Program-made: the position numbers and the translations under genes
Shown: one piece after another, positions 1-5,295 of the stretch
How positions within the stretch are numbered: the stretch's first letter is position 1
Layout: the number at the start of each line of letters is the position of its first letter
Assembly (NCBI GenBank): GCA_965644295.1
Contig: CBFFRP010000558.1
Location: forward strand, 1 to 5,295
From: Paraphysomonas bandaiensis
Taxonomy: Eukaryota > Protista > Chrysophyceae
DNA: 5,295 nt
Reading direction: 5' to 3'
Notes under the pieces: model-generated
What the model saw: the letters and a program-made list of their open reading frames with translations, nothing else
Told to the model about the DNA's origin: nothing
The model's database searches: none

Positions 1-83
1 CATACTGTACCTGATACAATTATATATAATGTAATTCTTGTATAAGTATGTGGGGTTGGTTTATAGTAAGATTTAAGGTGGTA

Positions 84-108
84 CAGTCAGTTCTCGATAT
101 CGTCAATG
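84..108 (+). repeat. Left terminal inverted repeat CAGTCAGTTCTCGATATCGTCAATG
   Basis: Exact reverse complement of 2628-2652; preceded by TA at 82-83; contains the 8-bp palindrome CGATATCG (95-102). Confidence 0.97.
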
Positions 109-111
109 AGG

Positions 112-156
112 TATGGTAAAAATGTCCGTTATGGGAAATGAAATAGGCTTGGTACA
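112..156 (+). repeat. Left subterminal direct-repeat block
   Basis: TATGGTAAAAATGTCCGTTATGGGAAAT (112-139) matches 2580-2607 at 27/28 in the same orientation; TGGTACA at 150-156 is in exact register with 2618-2624. Confidence 0.9.
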
Positions 157-240
157 GGGTTTTTAAGCTAAAACCCCCGATTTTATATAAAACTACAGTT
201 TTTTAATAAAAATCCCCTATTTTGCGTGACTTTTGTAAAA
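157..240. repeat. Shorter array of the same palindromic units, left subterminal region
   Basis: GGGTTTTTAAGCTAAAACCC (157-176), GATTTTATATAAAAC and GTTTTTTAATAAAAATC; T-tracts at 160, 181, 199 and 220. Confidence 0.75.
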
Positions 241-350
241 GTGATTATAGAAGTTAGCAATATATTGGATACTGTATGTGCAGAGAGTATGCAACAGAGA
301 GAGTATCATGAACACATTCGTAATATATACTCACATTGTTGTACGTAACG

Positions 351-2264
351 ATGTCAGTTGAATGCAGCATCGGTACCAAGCGCAAGAAATCTTTGAGTAC
401 TTTCTCGGATGTGCAGAAATGTAACTTCGTGAAAGAATATAAAGAGGGTCATTTCAAAACCCTCAACCAATTCGTTGCATACAAGAAGAACATATTCAGC
501 TGTTCAGCATTATGCAAATGGATTAAAGCCAGTGATAATGGGACATTGAAGATTGAAACTTGCACAGGCCGCAAGAAGCAACGGAAGGGTTTATTTCCTG
601 AGGTGGAGAAGAAAATTGTTGACTACATTAAATTTCGCCAGGAGCACTACAACATAGATAAATGTGGCTTAAGCTGGTTGTATCTGCAGCAGATGGCTAA
701 GGACTATGCAAAGGTTTAAAAGATTCAGAAGCTAGTAATATATTCTTAATATTGTGCTTCATAGGTAATCTATGCGGATGATCAGGAAACACTCAGTTTA
801 TTTAAAGCTTCTACTGGTTGGTTACGCAATGTATTGAAGAGTCGGAACAATTATGTTCATGTCAATCTGCACGGAGAGGCTAATGAAGTCAGCGATGCTA
901 ACGCAGCGGTTGCTATGGAAGACTTCAAGCGGAATTTGGATGAGTTGTGCGTAAGTCAGGGGGTACCAATAGATAGAATTTTCAATGCAGACCAAACTGG
1001 ACTGTATTATGGCAAAACCCCCAATGGCATATACAGCGACGCTGAAGTGAGTAAGACGATACGTGGGGCCAAGCAGATGAAAGACAAGGAGCGTGTGACA
1101 ATTATGGTTTGTTCTTCGCCCTTCGAAAAGGTTCCATTGGCGGTCATTGGAAAGTCAGCGAATCCTGCATGCTTTCGCATGTGTTCTAAGGGCAGACCTC
1201 CCTTACATTACATTAGTCAAACCCATGGCTGGTTTGACAGAAATATTACTATATGGTGGATCAATTCGGTATTTGATCCTTGGTACAGACGACGATTTGG
1301 ATCACTTAAGTGTATTATATTGCTTGACAACTGCTCATCACATGTCGGCATTGACGAACAGTTGTACCCTTCGTACATTAAATTAGTGTTTTTCCCGCCA
1401 AGGCTGACTTCGCGTCATCAGCCAATGGACATGGGAATAATCGCTTCCATAAAAGTAGGATATAAATACAGTCTCTTGCACAAACTGCTTTCTGTTTTTG
1501 ATGATGTCGAGCAATATGAAAGTGTTAAATTGGCCATACCAACAGCGCGGAGAGGTTGCAAAGGAATCATGTATGGTTTGAAACCACATATCCTTGACTG
1601 TATGAGTATACTGGATGATGTATGGAAAGGTGAACGGTATTGCAGTAACTTAGCAATTGGAAGATGCTGGCGTAAAGCGAATTGTTTGCCACTACCAATG
1701 CAGCAGCAACTGATTACTGAATATGGCTCAGCGGATAGAAATATATATAAGATATCTGACGACGATCTCGCTTCAATGTGCAACCTAATGTCAACTCTGT
1801 GTATCAAAGTTAGGGAGCTTTCCGCTGTGCCTGATATAGTTTCAGGAATTACTGAGATGAGTTCATTTACTGCCGAACAGCGAGCAAGCGCAGTGGAATT
1901 ATGGTGTAATGTGGAAAATGATCCATTGGTTGTCGAAACTGAAATTGAGGAAGCCATGGAGCGATTCGATTCTTTTTCTATTTCTCCGCAAATACCGATG
2001 GTGGATGATCATTGTCAAACTGATACAAATATTGACCCTGCAACTTCATCTAAGGTAACTTTGAATCAATTCAATGATGCCATGCGTGTTGTATATGACT
2101 TCACTATGGGAAGTAGTGACGAGGATGCTGATGCTTTGCACTACACGTTTGTTAAGGCCGCTTCTGAAGTTACTAAACGTTACTTAGAGAAGCGCAAAAG
2201 GTCTTCGTCACAACGAACAATACAGCACTTTTTCTCGGTGCAGAGATCTAATTCTACACTATAG
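351..2264 (+). CDS. pogo/Tigger-family DD33D transposase, join(351..713,765..2264), about 620 aa
   Basis: First ATG at 351. N-terminal HTH (KRKK..FSDVQKCNFV..SALCKWIK) and CENP-B/Tc5-type HTH (RKGLFPEVEKKIVDYI..LQQMAK|..FKASTGWLRNVLK). Catalytic motifs IFNADQTGLYY (D at 990-992), KERVTIMVC, GWFD, LLDNCSSH (D at 1326-1328) and FFPPRLTSRHQPMDMGII (D at 1428-1430). C-terminal KRKR and QRTIQHFF. Confidence 0.93.
714..764 (+). other. 51-nt phase-0 GT-AG intron in the transposase gene
   Basis: AAG|GTTTAA...TGCTTCATAG|GTA. AT-rich, with three in-frame stops. Removing it fuses the two ORFs in frame and restores the HTH (MAKDYAK|VIYADDQETLSLFKASTGWL). Confidence 0.88.
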
Positions 2265-2430
2265 CAGCGTTATGTAGTAACTATGTTATACAGCTGTCCT
2301 GTGTCGTTAAGACAACGCATTTTTATCATGTAATAACAAGGCTTTCCACATAATTAATCTGTAGTGCCGTAATAGAAAGTTTTTCAGCCTTAAACACAGT
2401 ATCCTGCTAAATTCAATTGTGATATGTAGA

Positions 2431-2591
2431 ATTTTTACCATAGACTTAGGGTTTTTTAGTGTAAAACCGTGGTTTTAATATCCAAAAACTGAGTTTTATG
2501 CAAAATATCTGAATTTTTAAACAAAAACTGGCTTTTTATAAATAAATCTAGGGTTTTTTAAAATAAAACCCGGTTTTTTTATGGTAAAAAT
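2431..2591. repeat. Tandem array of ~20-bp imperfect palindromes (G-TTTT-Nx-AAAA-C), right subterminal region
   Basis: T-tracts start at 2432, 2452, 2473, 2494, 2514, 2533, 2554 and 2574 (spacing 19-21), with A-tracts midway. The array is bracketed by ATTTTTACCATA (2431-2442) and its reverse complement TATGGTAAAAAT (2580-2591). Confidence 0.85.
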
Positions 2592-2624
2592 GTCCGTTAT
2601 TGGAAATTGTAACCCTATGGTACA
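2580..2624 (+). repeat. Right subterminal direct-repeat block
   Basis: TATGGTAAAAATGTCCGTTATTGGAAAT-N10-TGGTACA, same orientation as 112-156. Confidence 0.9.
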
Positions 2625-2627
2625 ATC

Positions 2628-2652
2628 CATTGACGATATCGAGAACTGACTG
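2628..2652 (-). repeat. Right terminal inverted repeat
   Basis: CATTGACGATATCGAGAACTGACTG, 25/25 match to the left TIR; followed by TA at 2653-2654. Confidence 0.97.
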
Positions 2653-2673
2653 TACAATGGTGGATTGACACAC

Positions 2674-2716
2674 GAAAACCCGCCATTTTCAAAAACCTGA
2701 AAAAGAAAACCCGCCA
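2674..2716 (+). repeat. 12-bp direct repeat GAAAACCCGCCA x2
   Basis: Exact copies at 2674-2685 and 2705-2716, 31 bp apart. Confidence 0.8.
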
Positions 2717-2795
2717 AGGAGACGTTTTTCGACAAAGTGGACCAACCCTCCACTTGTAGGACCGTAGATCCCACTCGTCCTAAAAAAACAGGCCC

Positions 2796-2838
2796 TCATC
2801 ATCACCACACCCAAACTCACACTCACCATCACCACCAC
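2796..2838 (+). repeat. CA/CAC-rich low-complexity tract
   Basis: CATCATCACCACACCCAAACTCACACTCACCATCACCACCAC; no G on the + strand. Confidence 0.6.
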
Positions 2839-3466
2839 TGTTATGTGTGAGTATACTGCTGTATACCGGTATACAATACAGTGGAACAGCACATGAGACT
2901 CTGAATATATGTGTGTATGTATGTAGAAGATACAGTCACTTACAGGCAGCTCGACAGCATGTACCACCTTCAGAGACATTAAAGTGCATGCATCATAAGT
3001 ATATTTACTATGGCAGCGTATGATCTAAGAAATAGATGATTTTATCGAAAGATTTTCTTGTAATATGTCATAACAGTACAGATATCGGCCTCCTATAGAT
3101 TGCAACCGCCAGGAGCGTTGGACGACCCTCAGAGGGTGACCAACACGACAGATACATTGTAGACTATATATACATTGTTAATGAAGCCGTAATTTAGCAT
3201 TTATATACGTATTAAACATATTTTCCTTCTAATTGTACCGCTATCACATGCACCGACACGTGCCACCCCAGACGCCCATAAATCACCACCAGAGTGCAAA
3301 GAAGACTTCCGGTACATTATAAACCATGTGTCTAATATATTTTTTCTATAACGCTACATTGCCATATATATATGTGATTTAATACATTTTAATATTAAGT
3401 ACCCCTATTTTATTTTCTGTAATACCATAGGCACCGGTATGGACCACCCCACAAGCCCCCAGATCT

Positions 3467-3950
3467 ATGCTTGTAGACGAACTGAGAAAGTTTGAAACCG
3501 TTTCTAAGCTACTTCAAACAGGAGACTCTAGTCAAGTGAATATTTATGAAGACCGGAACATTTTTGACGGCTTGTTGATGGACTTCGGGGCTAGGTATCC
3601 CAAACCTGCTTTAAAGAAAACAGTTCCATTGCTAGTGATCCGAATTCTGAGAATGGAATTTGAAAAAATCCAAGCAGGCGAATAATTTGAGTTGACAAGA
3701 TCTGGGAAAGATGCTGTTAGAATATATCTCCGTTCAGACAGCGAATGTAACAATACAGATGATGATGAAGCTGAGGTTGGCTATGCGGAAAAATTTCTTC
3801 AGTGAGCTAAAAAAATTAAGAAATGAAAGATTGAAATATCTAAGTACAGGTGCACGAGTCTTGTAGTATGTACTTCCAATACACTTGAACGCCAATGCAG
3901 TAGTGGTTTTGGATATCATGTGATTTTAATTACTAATACTAAAACTGGAA
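3467..3950 (+). pseudogene. Degenerate 3' fragment of a hAT-like transposase
   Basis: ELRKFETVSKLLQ..RNIFDGLL; alternate frame SIASDPNSENGI (within 3619-3660); then KIQAGE*FELTRSGKDAV..GYAEKFLQ*AKKIKK*KIEISKYRCTSLVVCTSNTLERQCS; then LLILKL (3930-3947) in another frame. TSNxxER resembles the hAT C-terminal S..ER.FS motif. Stops at 3683, 3803 and 3824 plus frameshifts. Confidence 0.72.
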
Positions 3951-4246
3951 TCTACTGATGTGTTTACTTACTGAATAGTGATACTCATATGTACGGATAC
4001 TCCGTCAATACAACCCTATTTAACAACAGTATTGCAATATATTGTTCCCTAGCCCTGCTACAAGGACTTAATAATAAGGTGAAACAAATGGATGACGCTG
4101 TTTATTGAATGTTAACATATTTATCTTAATGCTTGTTAAGAGTATATTTATATATTATTGTTTTTACTTCTTAGATTTGATTGTACCAGATACCTTTTTT
4201 TGTTTTGTACTACTTAAGGTTATTATCATTCATAAATGTGTTACAA

Positions 4247-5295
4247 TTATCGTACGATTTCTGGAGAGGGAAGGACTGAAAGGACGTTATTTTTCTCTCT
4301 CGTTTTCATGCTAATCCAAGAGGAAATCTGACCAACAGAAAGCCATTTCCAAGGCTCTACAAAGTGTAATTTCATGTACCGTCGGATTGTAGGAGCCTGT
4401 CTTTTATCACGCATATCGTACTGTAATGTCAACCAGTCTTTGATTTCATCAGTAAATGATTCCACTACGTTTTCCTTGTTTAGTCGACGGGCATATCCTG
4501 GACTGAGGGGAAATACTTTCCGAGGTCCCATGGTGAAATGACATATGTGAAAATCGTTTTCACAGGAAATGTCCTATGTAGAAATTCAACCACACCCTCG
4601 TGGAGATGGGCTGCACTGATCACCATGTCATTTACTTTGTGCAACCTTATTCCCACTGAAATCGTCACGGCATTGATTGAAGAGCAACTAACTTTCGAGA
4701 CAACGTTCCCTTGAACATCCATTTGGGGTAATTCCTGTAAGGAAGATATTCTGATGCTTATCTCTTTCTGTGATATATCCATTTTCCCACCTAGCAGTAT
4801 GTTCGAGGGATGAGATTTCATGCCAGAATTAAGCAGATCTAGAATTCGGACTACAGGTGTCGGAAATTTGCGTGTCGTGGAAGGAGTTTCCACAGTAGCT
4901 GACGTTGAGGAAGAGCATGTCGACCGTGCTGAGGGAATAGTAGGTTTGTACTGGCTTAACACGGACTCTATTCTATCACACTCCATTCGATCTTTCATTA
5001 ATCTCTTCGTCTTTGCGTCAAGCTTTCTCTGTTGAACCGCTCTCTTAATTTTACGACTTCGGTAGTAGTTGTCGACTAATTGCTTCAACAGACTGCACTG
5101 ATGACTCAACAATATGTGCCCCGGTTGGCACTAGAGACATCGCACCTCTACGCTTACTTACAAGATCCTACTAAAAAAATCAGCATTATCAGACGGCAGT
5201 ATTAGTGTTGAAAAGAATTATTAAACAGCAGATTATTACACTTACTGTGTGAGGCAATATAACTCCTTTTCCCAAGGGTGGTACTTCCTGCAAAA
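4247..5295 (-). CDS. 3' part of an interrupted gene (spliced or frameshifted) with a C-terminal homeodomain-like HTH; possibly transposase-derived; 5' end outside the window
   Basis: Overlapping ORFs 4480-5112 and 4247-4531 in different frames, plus an upstream open segment LQEVPPLGKGVILPHT followed by a GTAAGT donor at 5245. C-terminus PGYARR..FTDEIKDWLTLQY..LSVGQISSWISMKTREK. Confidence 0.5.
5168..5245 (-). other. Probable intron in the minus-strand gene (acceptor uncertain: 5168 or 5131)
   Basis: Consensus donor ACA|GTAAGT, AT-rich interior with a CTAAT branch-like motif, and TTTTTTTAGTAG acceptor; alternative acceptor TCTCTAG at 5131. Confidence 0.55.

Larger units (their letters stand above)
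84..2652 (+). mobile_element. Full-length pogo/Tigger-like DNA transposon (2569 bp), probably autonomous
   Basis: Perfect 25-bp inverted termini starting CAGT, TA on both flanks (82-83 and 2653-2654), and an internal HTH-HTH-DDD transposase gene with no disablements after splicing. Confidence 0.96.
77..2968. mobile_element. Putative ~321-bp non-autonomous TIR element (Kolobok-like; 77-83 + 2655-2968) interrupted by the pogo insertion
   Basis: The reconstructed empty site TTAA-GGTGGTACAATGGTG aligns with the reverse complement of 2955-2972, TGAA-GGTGGTACA-TGCTG. Flanks are TTAA (73-76) and TTCA (2969-2972). Confidence 0.5.

Noticed and set aside
336-719. 127-aa ORF as a standalone gene with a TTG start
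   Set aside because: It is exon 1 of the transposase; the first ATG is at 351 and the stop lies inside the intron.
1391-1399. E2F-like site TTTCCCGCC
   Set aside because: Explained by codons of the conserved FFPP motif.
1147-1957. ORFs 1147-1386 (+), 1383-1589 (-) and 1418-1957 (-)
   Set aside because: Shadow frames of the transposase with no recognisable motifs.
834-2264. TTG start at 834 for a 476-aa protein
   Set aside because: The frame is open from 765 and includes the conserved FKASTGWL motif, so it is exon 2.
2431-2591. CRISPR-like array or bacterial terminators
   Set aside because: Units are degenerate and contiguous with no unique spacers or cas genes, and the context is eukaryotic.
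2680-2689. YY1-like motif CCGCCATTTT
   Set aside because: Single short match; host lineage and presence of the factor are unknown.
2517-2979. Minus-strand ORFs 2517-2774 and 2689-2979
   Set aside because: They cross the TIR junction or low-complexity DNA and have no protein-like motifs.
3544-3919. Minus-strand ORFs 3544-3753 and 3734-3919
   Set aside because: Antisense to the hAT-like remnant.
4214-4219. TTAAGG just past the minus-strand stop as a Kolobok-like terminus
   Set aside because: Only 6 bp and no partner end in the window; worth rechecking with flanking sequence.
4105-4314. 69-aa hydrophobic ORF
   Set aside because: TTG start and T-rich compositional artefact; overlaps the end of the minus-strand gene.
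4820-5035. 71-aa plus-strand ORF
   Set aside because: Antisense shadow of the longer minus-strand ORF.
5095-5139. Possible zinc-finger remnant CL*CQPGHILLSHQC on the minus strand
   Set aside because: Contains a stop, has atypical spacing and lies where the reading frame is uncertain.
5274-5284. AAGGGTGGTAC resembling the nested element's TIR
   Set aside because: Imperfect, no TTAA flank, and within probable coding sequence on the minus strand.

Overview
Eukaryotic, AT-rich, transposon-dense window. (1) A complete and apparently young pogo/Tigger-type (Tc1/mariner-related) DNA transposon spans 84-2652. It has perfect 25-bp TIRs, TA target-site duplications and a two-exon transposase of about 620 aa (351-713 + 765-2264, 51-nt intron) with two CENP-B-type HTH domains, a DD33D triad, a KRKR NLS and a C-terminal PCNA-interaction (PIP) box. 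Its ends are unusual: a 28-45 bp subterminal block is repeated in DIRECT orientation at both ends, and arrays of ~20-bp phased T-tract/A-tract palindromes sit next to it. (2) Removing the pogo reconstructs a probable ~321-bp non-autonomous element with TTAA/TTCA flanks and GG...CC termini (Kolobok-like); the pogo landed inside its left TIR. (3) A decayed hAT-like transposase 3' fragment lies at about 3467-3950, with a candidate right terminus at about 4057. (4) The 3' part of a minus-strand gene (4247 to beyond 5295) is broken by introns or frameshifts and ends in a homeodomain-like HTH; it is possibly another transposase. No RNA genes or CRISPR arrays were seen. Family assignments come from recalled motifs, not database searches.
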